A stretch of DNA of 64,000 bases from Vicugna vicugna (Eukaryota): positions 110,498 through 174,497 of the forward strand of contig MU057703.1 in assembly GCA_013265495.1 (NCBI GenBank), written 5' to 3'. The position numbers and the translations under genes are program-made. Under the pieces are notes generated by a model. That model worked only from the letters and a program-made list of their open reading frames with translations, was not told where the DNA came from and ran no database searches. Below, in pieces: positions 38,221 to 51,258 of this stretch. The stretch's first letter is position 1. Each line of letters begins with the position of its first letter.

Positions 38221-38570
38221 CAGGGCCGCATGGTGACTTCTGTGGGCCTCAGGCACCTTTACCTTTGTGGGCCCCTACCTCCATAAAAATAATTATGATA
38301 TATATAATTAATAATTATATATTTAATTGTTAATTAATGACTAAATTTTTAATTAATTTATATATTATATGATTACATAATTATAGTTTTCCATTGTCTT
38401 GGTATAAAGATGAATATAATCCAGGCTGGATTTATCATTATATATTCGTATTAATTTTCTCTTATTTTAAAGTCAATTAAAAGTAAACCATTTTATGAAC
38501 CCCTAAAAGTAACATGAGCCACAGGCATTGTGCCGACTGTGCCTGCCTCGTGGATAAACTCTATCTTGGG
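38221..38570. mobile_element. Non-autonomous hAT (Tip100-like) DNA transposon remnant with AT-rich interior
   Basis: Starts cagggccg, with gggccc motifs and a GC-richer far end (aggcattgtgccgactgtgcct..ggataa). Confidence 0.55.
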
Positions 38571-39109
38571 CCCAAGGAGAATGTCATCAGTCCTTTTTCT
38601 TGACAGCCAAGTGTGGAGGGATTTTAGTGTATTCAGGGGCCAGTGGACAATCTATGTAATACTTGGATTTCTACAAGAGCATTTTATAGGCCTGTAAAAC
38701 AGAGGCATGGCCCAGCCAACTAATGGCTCTTTCAATAAATAAAAAGAAAACTCATCTTCAGCATAGAGTGACGGGTCCTGTCCTGACTGCCTCCAGGTCA
38801 GCTTCATTTCTTTCCACCACCATCCCAGGCTGCTGGAACTCCCGCTTAGCAAAGTGAAAGTAAAGTAATTAAAAACTAACCCCTTGCCCTTTTATTTGTA
38901 CTTAGAAAATTTGGAAATAGATCCACATTTTTTTCTTTGGACAGAACACATCTCAGAGTTCACCATTGAAAAGGCACAGACTCTCCTCTGTGAGCACAAG
39001 TAAACAAAAGAACACTTACTTTGGTTCCAAAGACAATGACATTTGAAAATTAAGATAGAGTGTATTCTTATGCATTGGTTACTACCAGATAGTAGAAAAT
39101 TTTAGAATA

Positions 39110-39666
39110 TGTCAGGTTGATATGAAATAGAAAACTTGTAATTGCAAATTCTTTCTCTGTCTCTGAAATATATATAAATTATTCCCCAGTTTCTAGCCAG
39201 TTTTACAATCCAGGAATGTCTTTCTCAAAGACCTGGGAGTCATCCCTTTGAAATGTAGTCATCAAGAAAGATGGCAATCGCATCTCCCGGTGTCTATGGG
39301 AGGGTAGGGACCTAATGTCAATGAGAAGCAATTAGCAAACAGATGGCCTCATCACACTGACCCTCTCCCTCACGCCTTTCAGTACTTTTCCACTAGCTCC
39401 CCCAAGCTCTTAAAACAATGATCAGTAATATATATGTAAACTGAAAAAAAATGCAGTATATTGTATGTACGTATTTATATGCAATATAATGTATATGTGC
39501 AAACTAATAATTCTACCTAATAAAACTGAAAAAAGAAAAGAAAACAAAACAAAACATAATTCTTGTTTCAATGGAGTTGAGTTCAGTCTCTTTTTCTTAC
39601 TGCAGTAGTCTTGAATAAAGTCTTCCTTGCCTGTTTAAATTTGCCCAGTACAATTTTACTTTGACC
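39110..39666 (+). mobile_element. ERV1 LTR (MER34-like) interrupted by a polyadenylated insert at ~39416-39556
   Basis: ccaggaatgtctttctcaaagacctgggag, caattagcaaacagatggcc, ggagttgagttcagtctc, cttgaataaagtcttccttgcc. Confidence 0.7.
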
Positions 39667-39904
39667 CATCAAAGCCAGATCTTTGAGATTCAACAGATAT
39701 TTCATAACAGCCAATAAGAAGAAGATGAAGAAAGTGCAAGAATAACTGCTGACTGTAGGCCATGCCCAGGGTGAGGCAGCTCTTCGTAGTCCAGGACTGT
39801 TTTCCAGAGAAGGGTCCAGCTGTGAACTCACAGTAGCTGGGGGACATGTGCACTGACCAGTAAAGGAGATCTGAAGCAGGGCCAACAACGTCGACTACAG
39901 ACAT

Positions 39905-40345
39905 GCTTTCAGTTAAGATGAATTTTGGCTGCTGGAAAGAGAAAATCTGATGAAAGTGGTGTAAACAAAATAAAGGTTCTCTTTTTCTCATGATGCAAGA
40001 AGTCCAGAGCTAGGCAGCTTAGACCTGTGCGCAATTCCAGGATGCCCTTACACATCTGCTCTTTCTCCCTTCCTGCTACAGCGCCCTGCTAAGTGTGTGG
40101 CTTCGTTCTGATGTTCAAGATGGCGGCAAAATCTTTGTGCTAAGACCACATTCCAGGCAGGAACAAGGGGAAAAGCAAAAGAGCGAAGGGACAAACCAAT
40201 AAGTATATAAGCTCTAGAGGAAAGAGCTCTTAGAGAGCTTTCCTGGTGGTACTACCCAGTGACTTCAGTGGCCACTTCATTGTTAAAACTAGATCACATA
40301 GTCACCCCTAATTGTGAGGACTTGAGAATTTTAGCTGTGCACCTT
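39905..40345 (-). mobile_element. Old MaLR LTR (MLT1J/K/L-like)
   Basis: tcagttaagatg..ttggctgc, aagaagtccagag..ggcagc, caagatggcggc, aactagatcacatagtcaccccta. Confidence 0.65.
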
Positions 40346-40399
40346 CTTTTAGGAAAAAAAGTCAGATGGGACCCTTTCTCATTTGGGATGATTTGGGAT

Positions 40400-41060
40400 G
40401 ACTCTAAACACCCACAACATTTGCCAAACTGAACAATTTTACGTTTGAGATAAATGACTCTCTTAACCCTTAGGAAAATAAAGATTCAATTCAACAGTTA
40501 TATCATGCTTAAAAAATACCAGAGAAAAAAATACATATAAAATTATTCAATAGGCTTAAATTATATTCAGAATAAAATCATGTTACATAGTAAGGACTGA
40601 AAATACGTGAACTAAGTATTAAACTAAACAAGAATTGGAAAAAAAAGAGAATACATGTAAGAAAAACAAAGAAGAAAAAATCATCAGAAGCAAAAGGCGA
40701 TATTTACAAGTTAGAGGAAAAAAAGGAGGGGCTGGGAATGCCACTGTTAACTTAATCCAGTGTTTATTTTTGATGAGATCAATAAAATACACCAACTCTT
40801 AGGCAAGACGTATAGGGAACCAAGGGAGAACTATATTATGTTAGGAATGGTGGAGGGGAATGTAACAACATATTTGGGTATTTTTTCCCATTAAGAATAA
40901 AGAAAATACTATGACAATTATATGTTAAGAACAAGCAAAAATGTCAATGAAGGGAAAGTTTTTTTCAGTAAAAGACAGATGACCCAAATTGATTCAATAG
41001 ACAACAGAATACCATGGGGAAAATGGATAAAATAGTCCCTTAGCTGCAAAACAACATAGG
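40400..41060 (+). mobile_element. Ancient L1 ORF2 remnant
   Basis: A-rich degenerate L1 text (gagatcaataaaatacacc, gaaaatactatgacaattatatg, acccaaattgattcaa). Confidence 0.55.
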
Positions 41061-44059
41061 TCAAATGGCAATGGAACCAACAACTGACCAAAATATTCTC
41101 AGCATAATTTAAAATTAAATTTAAAAATTAAAAATAAATTACATAACCTCTAAATTAGGTGTTTTGCTTACAGGGATTTTTCTTGGGATGGGAGAATGGG
41201 AGGTGTATTTATAGATATGTGACTAGATATTCAACATATTGCTACATATTAGCACTATTTATTATAGAAAGATATGGAAATTTATTTATATAGACAAGGT
41301 AGAGGATTGTGATCAAATGGATTAGATTGAATTGTAGGACACTGCTGCTACTGACTATTTCTAATCTACAAAAACAAGGATTTCATGTGCTCCAAACTAA
41401 TAGATGCCCTCAAATATATACTTCCATACCCCAATATTTTAGCTGTGATTATCTCTGAGTGGGGAGATTATTAGTAATTTACTTGCTTAATTAATTCTAA
41501 TAAATGAGCACCTAACATGCTTATATTACTTTGCTGTGTCCCACTAAACTGTGCACTCTTGGGGAACAGGCATTCAGTTTTGGTAATCATTATATTCCTG
41601 GTGCCCAGGACCTCTTCACATACTTGTTGAATCAATGACTGAAAAAAAAACATTTATACTATAAAATAAAAGATTTTAAATTGCAAATGAGGAGAGCTAG
41701 AGAAATTGCTCCTTAAATTATTTGCCTCGCCATGTGGAAAGGTTAAAGCAATTTTAAGCCTATCATGGCTCAGTGTAGGCAATTATTTTTCCTTAACGTA
41801 TTCCTTATGTGTAGTATCTAATAAGATGCTATTATGAGACATTATGTCAACTTTATGGTTATCTTTGAAGACACCCAATTAAGTTTCATGCATATAACTT
41901 GATGTGAGAAATAATGAAAATAGCAGTGATAAATGGAGGCATACAACCTCAAGAGAAAAATTTCTGCCCAATAGTTCAGAATAGAATGGTAACATCATGT
42001 TTTAATCTATCATAGTGGTATATGAAATTGCATCAAATACATTTTACTGATTCATTATTCAAATTCTCGAATTTCAAAACTTGTGTTCTAGAAGATGTCC
42101 CACAGCTTTAGGGACCAGGTTCATGCCCTGCCAAGAAAGCTGCGTTTCAGCCCCGTAGTTACTTTCTTCTCTAATGTAGAGAGGGACACGAGAAACCACT
42201 GACTGTGATAGTCGTTAGTGCAAAAGATTGAAATCCGCATTTACTCAGAAATCCTATTAGTGCCTCAACTGGGGTAAAGGCAGAGAAAAGCACTGAAGTG
42301 TTGATGATGTGCCTACAAAATTTTTTGTCCCTATGTTTGGATAAGCTGATAGGAGTTAATTCCATAAAACTCCTTTCTTTCGAATGATTTCACTGATGTA
42401 AAACTCCCATTCCAGTAGCCTCCTTTGAGAGTCCTCTTAAATACCAAAATACTAATTATCACCTACATAATATTAATTTTGCATCATACAGTTGGTATAT
42501 ATTTTAATTGGATACGAAAATACAACTGCTTTGTGATTTTTACTGGGAAATGTATTCTTTCAGTCATGATGTAACTCACAGAGAAATTCGGAAACACAGT
42601 CTTTGCATTCTGTTTATAAAAGTAGTACAGTTCCTGGGTATGAACTTGGGCTTTTAGTGGAGGCAAGTAGACCAAGAGAGGACATTTATCAATGTTGTAA
42701 GTAGATGCATTTGGTCATAACATTTTGTGGCTGATATCATACTTGATTTGCAATTTTTGAAAAGCAAAATACAGTATTCTCGCAATACAGTGCTGTCCAG
42801 TCACGAAGAGCTTATCAACCCCGATGGAGGCTTCATTTATTTTCCACTGTGGTTTTTCTCTTGGTCATAAAAAAACAGCTTCAAAATAAAGACTAAAATA
42901 TACGTTCAAAACTTGGATTCCTTATATGCTGTAAAAGTCAGATTCTTCCTCCGCCAGATATTGAAATATATTTAATGGCAATATATTTGGCAGCAAAACA
43001 CAAGGCTTATGTTTTTCTATCATGCTGTCATTTTCAAAAGTGTGCAGGTAAGATGTTTTTCCTGAGAGGAAGAATTCCAGGAGATTTTTCTCACCATGAG
43101 ACTGGGAAAGTCACCAAGCTTAAAACACAGTATGTAGGACTTAAGTTGACTGTGAAGATGTCTTTATTTCCCATAGTATTTGTTCAACATTGAACTAGAA
43201 AGAAATTGCAGAATATTTCCAATTTGATCAAAAGCTATATGATACATTTAAAAAATTATAATTAATATGAATATATTTTCTTCTTTGTCCTGCCTTTTTA
43301 CATTCACCCTTAGTGCTATTAGCTCCATTTAATTTGGAAAGTTTGTACCTGAAAGACAGAATAGAGTCTCTCAGTTGATTCCTGTGTTTGTCAACAGCGC
43401 TGATGAATTTATTTGATTGCAGCTCCAGCAGTTAAAGGAGTGTTCATTTCATGATCAAGTAGCTTGAGAACACTTCTTTAAAATGAATGCTTCTTTTATA
43501 TCTGGTGATTCTTTCAGTGCACACCAGGGTCCCTCTTGCCTGGGCTTTCCCTGAAGCCTTCCTTTTGACATTTCCATTAAACTGTAAAAAAAATTAGTGT
43601 TGACTGATTAACATCTCGCTTTAAGAGCTCTGCTAAAAGCCATAGTCATGAATCAAAGTCACCGTGGACCACTGGTAATTAACTTGACAAAATTCAGCTT
43701 TCCAGGCTAATCATCTTCCGGCTGCTTTATCTAATGGATGTCAATTTGGATCTACAAAACAATTGGAGTCCACTAAAATGGAGAGGGAGGCATAAGGACA
43801 AGTGATGAGGCAAAATTCTCTAGCTGGGAACATATTCTAGTTAAAATTCTGAAGTATAATGAAGAAATAGAAACATTCCAAAATGTTTACTTGGAGATTC
43901 CCACATTTATAGTTATGTAAAACAGTCTAAATAAGATCAAACTGATGTTAGAGGTTAAATGGGGATATTCAGTGTATTCAACATCCTAGGGTTTACCATG
44001 TGAACGTTTCTGAGCGAGACTCCGAAAAGGCAGTTGATGATTCATGGCACTACAGGGCT

Positions 44060-44280
44060 TTGTGGTTAAGAATGCTGTCTCCGCAGTGAGATACGTTTGA
44101 ATACTGGCCTTTTGCTAGTTCTGTAAGTTTAGAAGAACTACCCAACTTCATTCTGCCCATGTTTTCTCAGTAGGAAATTACGGGGAAAAAATTACATACA
44201 TCGTATGTTTATTTTAAGGGTTAAAGCAAATAATGGCCTTAACCCACTACCTGACATTTAGTAGATGCTAAATAATTATC
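44060..44280. mobile_element. MIR remnant
   Basis: tgtggttaagaatg..gtttgaatactggc..cctgacatttagtagatgct. Confidence 0.55.
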
Positions 44281-45604
44281 ATGTGGTATAGTTTTAGCTA
44301 TTATGATTGCAATTTACTACTACGTGAAAAGCGAAGTACACACATTATTATGGTGTAGTATAAGAATATAACAAGTATGTTAAACATACAAATGAATGGT
44401 CCTTCGGATTCAGAAATGGAGAACCAACATTGTGGGTTGGGACATCTGGGAGGAGGAAGAGAAGCTGATTTTGGAGATTTTTTTTTTAAACAGGTATAGT
44501 TTATTCACTAAGGTGAGAATATCTATTTTTGTTAAGGAGTATGAGCAAAATTGTGCAGCAGGGATAGCATGATGTATAATTGAGGAAGAGCAAAGCATTC
44601 ATTTTACTGGAGCATAAGATTTTGTAATAGAGCAAAAGGAGATTATTCTGCAAAGAAATGTTGGGTAAATATTGTGAGTTGAATATATTTAAATTATTAG
44701 TAGATTGCTGAAAGTGTCAAGGGACGTTCTGTTCACTTTTTGCAGGACAAACTATTACAATATCAGAGAGTGACATAATCAAAGCAGACTGGGCCTTCCT
44801 ATAAAATCTTACTTAACTTCTATTTAATAAATTCATCTGAGACTAAAACTGCAACCTTTAATGGAAATCAGTTTAGCATTGTTTTTAAGAAGTTGAAAGA
44901 ATCTTAAAAAATGTATGACCAGATGCTTAAAAATGTACATTTGGTTCATACAAAGGAAGGAAAGTCGAGGAGAATCTTAAATAATATTAAAAACTTCTAT
45001 CTTTGTATGTTGAAGGCAATGAGTCTCACCCTTGCAGAACTATCACCTGTGAGGTTCAAATTACACAGCTTTTGGACTGAACCCTGGAGATTCTGATTCC
45101 ATTTGTTTCGAATGCAACTCAAGTCACCAATAATTTTCCAAGGCATAAGGGAATTCCAATTGTGAAAAGAGCGAAGACATTTTCCCTTCTTCAACTCTGA
45201 AATCACTGAAAGAATAACATAAAAATATAAACCAGGCTTTTTACAAAACTAGGGATATCTTTACTCTTGAATCACAATTTAAGATGAAACATTGTCAAAT
45301 ACGATAATTATCAATCCGAGATACAGGGAGATCCTGACAGAGGGCATAGGCAGCTACACGTCTCAGACACAGCCAGCTAAACGCGAACATTGTTCAGACA
45401 AGTGAATTATGCAAAAGAGAAAAAGCAACAATCCTTGGTTTGAGCCAATGGAAACAACATGTTTAAACCGTTTATGTAAGTTTCAAAGACATGCAAAAAA
45501 CAATGCTATAAAGTGTTTAAGGTAAAAAAAATGTGAGGCAGTAGAGTTTTGAAATCTTTAAAAGTGATATAAGATAAATTCAGGCTATTTCTATATCTCA
45601 TAGG

Positions 45605-45735
45605 GGAAGGTTGTCAAATTTAGCAAATAAAAATACATACAAATTGTATAGCGCATGAGATATATTAAAAACTGAGTCATTGTTTATCTGGAATTCAAAT
45701 ATAACAAAGAATCTTGAATTTTACATAGCACCCCA
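45605..45735. mobile_element. MER53-like hAT MITE
   Basis: ggttgtcaaatttagcaaataaaaatac...ttgtttatctggaattcaaat...tagcacccc, with degenerate terminal inverted repeats. Confidence 0.65.
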
Positions 45736-46489
45736 CTTGGGAGGCAGTCTAACGGGGGGTGGGGGTGGTGCACAGAGGCTGCACTCATATCTGCAATGTT
45801 GGATTTCCTTTAGAAAAATCAGAAGCAGGCATAATCAAATGCTAGAATTTGATAGAGCTTGGTGTTTAGTACAAGGATATCTTATATCTCTTATAAAGCT
45901 ATTTACTAATGTAAAAGTAATTTAAAATAAAATACAATGTATGAATAGACTTTGTTGGTTGTAACAACCCAAAGGAGAAGCTACCTTGACATAAACTGGT
46001 CAATAAAGGTCCCAGATCTATATGAAGAAAACATACTACACTACTGAGTGTTAGAAAGGAAGATATGCATAGGTAGAAAACATGCAATGTTTTGTTCTTG
46101 GATGGGAAGACTTATGATGTAAAGAAACTTGCGCTTCTTTGTGAATCAACAGATTTAATGAAATGCCCTGAAATGATTCAATGTAAGTTTTTGGTGAACT
46201 GGACAATATAATACATTCTAAACTTCATCAGGATAAATACATTTGCAGGAACTGCTAGATAAATCAGAGAATGATGAATAATAAATGAGATAACCCAACC
46301 TTGTAATAAAGGATAAATCTACTCTTGCTAAAATGAGCAGTATGTAAAAATATCATAGTTACATTTGGGCCAAAGTCATGTCCTGTTTTAACATATTGGA
46401 TGGTCATAGTAGTAAAATGGTGACAGTCAATGCATAATGTGGCTTTACCCACAATATGTTTTTAAGTCTTTGTTATCTTTCCTATCTTT

Positions 46490-47100
46490 TTTCGTTTCAC
46501 TCCAGTTCAGAATTCTTTATCACCTTTCATCTGGAAATTGTAATAGCTCATTAATTATTCTTTATCACTGCAGTATTTTCTTCAGGTCTTTCCTTTCACC
46601 TCGCTCAAAATGATCTATCACAAACAAACATGACGAGCTAACTTCCTTACACAAAATAGTTTGATGACTTGTCATTGCACACTAGACAAATGTAAACATA
46701 TTAGCATGGAGCGAAGGACACTGTAGACCCAGCCCTGCCTATCTCCTCACTCCTATCTTTAGTATTTGCAAAATTCAGAAAGCTTCTCCCCATCTCCTCA
46801 CTCCCGGACCATTTCTCACTCCCTGGAATTTCCTTTCAACTGGCTTCACCTGGCCACTTTTTATCCATCCTGAAAAATTAACTCAACTACTGTACCTGCC
46901 CCTCCCCAGTGAGATGGACTAGGTGTACCTCCTCTGGGTATCACCTTGGAAGTGCCTATTTTACAGCTCATGAATGAATCTTGGAATTTTAAATTATATA
47001 CCAGTCTTTTCCAATACTCAGTGTACTATTCCTTGAGACAAAATTTCATTTATCTTTTGGGGCTTTGTTCCTAGCATAGTGTATACATAATCAATCAATA
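46490..47100 (+). mobile_element. LINE-2 3' portion
   Basis: tcatctggaaattgtaatagctc..., ending cctagcatagtg..aatcaatcaata. Confidence 0.6.
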
Positions 47101-47544
47101 CCATTGATATATATTCCACTTCAAATATTGAAGTGACTTGTTGAATGTCAATTAAAGTCCTTTCAGTAAAATAGACCACACGTATGACCAGACATGTGAT
47201 ATTTCAAACAAACAGCCAAGTGGACAAACACACTAAAATTCCTGGAGTAGGAGGTGGACACCAGTATCTCTAGTTTTATTGGCTATATCCTTACATCTAT
47301 TTATTTTACTTTAAGTCGGCTTCAATAATTTTGATTTTTGACTTCAATTAAACTTAAAAATAAAATAAATGAATAAATTATAATTCATATTTCTTTATTT
47401 CTCCAAATGAGGTTGCAAGAAAATCTCTCATGGACAAGGTTTCCTCTATTTTTTGGTCCATCCGTCTTTCTTCCTACATATGCTCTGTAAAGTATCATAT
47501 ACTTCACCACAAAGAGTTATAAGAATGATGAACTGAAACAATGG

Positions 47545-47783
47545 ACTTTTTAATTTTGTTATTTTACCTGAGTATAGTGGATTTATAATACTGTATTAAT
47601 TTTTGTTGTACAGCACAATGATTCATTTATACGTATATATTCCTTTTCGTATTCTTTTTCATTATTTCCATTACAAGGTACTGAATATAATTCTCTGTAC
47701 TACAGAGTAGAACCTTGTTGTTTATCTATTTTATATCTAGTAGTGTGTATCTATTAATTCCAAATTCCTCATTTATCCCTCCC
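47545..47783 (-). mobile_element. 5'-truncated L1 3' end with 12-bp TSD
   Basis: ctgaaacaatgg at 47533-47544 and 47784-47795; L1 tail text (gtacagcacaatgattca, ccttgttgtttatctattttata). Confidence 0.85.
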
Positions 47784-49149
47784 CTGAAACAATGGTTTTA
47801 ATTAGAAATATTCTGACCACTTAGCTTTAATTAAATGCTATTGACCAACATCCTCAATAAGACTTTGAGTTTGACCACTTTAATATATACTGAAATTTCA
47901 TTTAAAATGATATCTGTTGATTATCTATTTGTACCAGACATTATAAATATCAACTGAATACTGGAAACAACCTGTTTATTGCTTACTTTTTAAAAACTTT
48001 ATAGATGAGGAAATGTGACTTCGAGGGGTGAAACAAATTGCTCAGTGTAACAAATAGTAATTGCAAACTCTCAGAGAAGCCAAGAAGTAGACTAATTCAT
48101 TTTCCATCAGACTTCTTTTTCTTTTTCTTTTTCTTTTTGCCTTATAAATGTTCTTTATTTTTCTTTTCATTTTTTTCTTTTCATTTTTTTACAGTTTCAT
48201 TGTATTGGGATCCAAATATGTTCTTGATTACAAGTATGATTCTGTTTTTGCTTACCTTCTGTGATGCATACATGCAAATAATAACTATTACTAGAGGAAT
48301 TTTAATAAAATTTGAACATTCTAGAAATGGATTCGTAATGTATTACCATTACTGATTAAACACATTTAAACTTGTTATTATGTTTTTCTAAGTTGCTTTC
48401 AGAGGCAGAATTTCTCTTTTTTCTTTTTTCCCATTCATTCTAGGGGGAAAAAAAATCTAGATTTCTAACCATCCTAAGAATTTTATGTATACTCTCAAGA
48501 AAAGTAACAAAAGTATTTCTACTTATAATGGGCCTTTCTCTCCAGTTAGACAAACTGGCCATGATAATATCACATTACAGTGAGAGTTTGGCCTCCAGTG
48601 TTTAAAATATAACCCGTGTAACCTAGCCACAGCTGTAGGGAGCCAATAATGTCCTCCTACTGTTTGATGGCAAAAAGAACTTCAGGGAAGTTTCATTTAT
48701 CCCTCTCTTTCACTGTGCAGCAAGGTGACTGCCAAGTTGAGTTTCACAATAGCTTAAATGGGCTAAAACTGAAAGCAGTTGGTAGAGTGGTGTTCATAGC
48801 AGCTCCTTTGGTCAATAGCTGAACTAAGAGTTTACACAAAGAAGGAAAGAAGAAAGTGCTTTGTCTTTGTTGCAGAGAATTCTATCCAAATTAACTTGCG
48901 TTTGAGTACTTAATACTCCAGAAATGACAACATTTTCAACGGATAAAAAGTTTGCCTTTGCTTTTTCATCTCTTCCATCACTTCTGTATCTCATCCTCTT
49001 TCATGACCTTGACCTTGTATCCCTAGAGATCTTTCAGGCTTTGCTACTTGGTCTAAGTCTCCCCGACCTTTAAGACTGTCTGATAAGAATTACCCTTTCC
49101 ATGAATGTCGGCTTTATAATATAGTGCTCTGATAATCTTCTGCATCAAT

Positions 49150-50320
49150 CTTTTGTCAAATGTCTTTTATGCCAGGCATTGAGTTAAGCATTAGCATGTG
49201 CTGGACTTTCAGCCAATATTTTTGGAAGAGACAAATAAATACGATGATGAATAAGACCCAACCCCTACTCTGGAGGAGATTATTGTTGAGTAAGGAAGAT
49301 TAGCCAATAATTAAATTCCTTTACCTTACAGTGGATAATATGTCAGATACATGAATACAGTGTTGTGGAAATGCGGAGAGCAGAGCAAGTTACTCTGCAG
49401 GATGGGTACAGAGGGAAGGGAGGCTTCATTGAAGAAGAAACGTTGAGTCTTATTGTAAAGCATTTTGCGGGCAGTGATTAGGACAGACATGTTGAGACAT
49501 GCATAAACTGATGGGGTTGAGAAAGGACCCAGCATGTCCTGAGTCTTTCTGTTCAGTTTGGCAGGAATACATGGTAACGGGGTAGGGAGTGTCAAGAGAT
49601 AAGCTTGGACAATTACACTTGCTTGAGCTTTCTTTGAAACACCAGTGGGTTTGAATTGTTATCAAGTGGGCAAGGTAGAGGGCAAAAAAATATTTTAAAA
49701 AGTAACTAGAAGGAGTGACATAGAGACAGGGAGATTGTTGCAATAGTTTAAGATGCCAGCCTTGCCTCTTATCTTTCTTGTGTGTCAGTTTTGTCTATAA
49801 AATGGTGCGAATGCATGTGATTGGTGTAAACATTAATTGAGGTAATGTTGATTAAATATTTAGAATGAATGTTTGGAAAAAAATTAAAAACACCATAGAT
49901 GAATATATGAATGGAGTGAAAGTGGAGCAGATGCATCAAATTCAGGAGATTTCTAAAGTTGAAGAGCCTGCAGTTGGTGACTAGCTATTCCTGGTGGGAG
50001 AGGTCATGGAAGAAGTAAAGTTAGTTGTTAAGGTTTCCAGCTGGAGAAATAGGTATGGTCACAGGAAACCCTGTAGAGGTGATTGAAGGAATTACTGTTA
50101 ACACTTTGGTACAAAATCTTTTAAAGAAAACTGTGGTACGCTCAGTTCCTGTTAGAATACAGAGAACTGGGTCAGAATAGAGGGAGTCATTGGGATAGAA
50201 ATACTTGGGAGTCAGTGAGAATACAAGATGATTGTTTTAGCCACTCAAGATGAATGTGTGGAGTAAGACGTGGAAGGAATCACTGGGGTACCCCAGTTTT
50301 TAAGGCTGGACAGAGGAGAC
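49150..50320 (-). mobile_element. LINE-2 fragments (antisense), with a MIR piece
   Basis: tatgccaggcattgag, cccctactctggaggag, ggaggcttcattgaagaag, gggagtcagtgagatac. Confidence 0.55.
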
Positions 50321-51044
50321 ATTTCTAGTTATAGATTCATAGGTGTATTGGAAAGGGGGATTTTCTGCTGCAAGGACTCTTGCATGGAAGCATAACACAT
50401 ATGCAACATTATTTGAAAAATAAAATCTCTTTTTAAGAGAACATCAGAGGGAATTTCTTTTCCAGTCACAACTATGATTATCATTTTACGAGTCTTTTTT
50501 TAACCTTTTGTTTCCTAAACAAATGTTTCTTTACATATTTGTAACTGGGTTATAATAATTTATAACTTGCTTCACTCAACATTTGATATGATCACTCCTT
50601 CCCCCCCAAATTTAATATGATCCATATTGCCACATAATCAGAACCACCATGTTAGGAGCTATAAAATAGTCTGTGTTGAACTGTATCATGTTTATTTAAC
50701 TATTTTTAATTGGGAGATAGATTACAATTTTATTTCTTTATTTTGTTCTGGCATTTCTTCTTTATTTCTTCAGACCTAAATTATTTGTTCTTTATTTCTT
50801 CAGACCTAAAACTCCTTTCCAAATTTCTCCTTTTTATCTAGGTAGTTCTATTTATAAGACTGAACACTGATCACAAAATGTCTACTCAACAGAATTATTA
50901 TTTAGTTTTAAAATAAATAAACATGTTTATCTTTCCAACAATTACTATTCACATAACTTAATTATTACTGTCATCTTCGATCCCTTCATCATTTCAGTTA
51001 TTTTTCAGCAAGATTATGGGTATTGAGCTGCCAGTTTAATTCTC

Positions 51045-51258
51045 AGGATTTGTAGATACTAACTACTATGTACAAAATAGATAAACAACTAGGTCCTACT
51101 GTATAGCATAGGGAACTATATTCAATACTTTATAATAGCCTATCAAGAAAATGAATATGAAAAGGAGTAACACATACATATATGTATAAATGCATTGCTA
51201 TCCTGTACACCAAAAATTAACATGACACTGTAAATCAACTATTATTTCAATAAAAAAA
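51045..51258 (+). mobile_element. 5'-truncated L1 3' end
   Basis: ctactgtatagcatagggaactatattcaata...actgtaaatcaactattatttcaataaaaaaa. Confidence 0.88.

Noticed and set aside
43655..43675. RE1/NRSE-like caccgtggac
   Set aside because: Core only; the flanking TTCAG and AG positions do not match.
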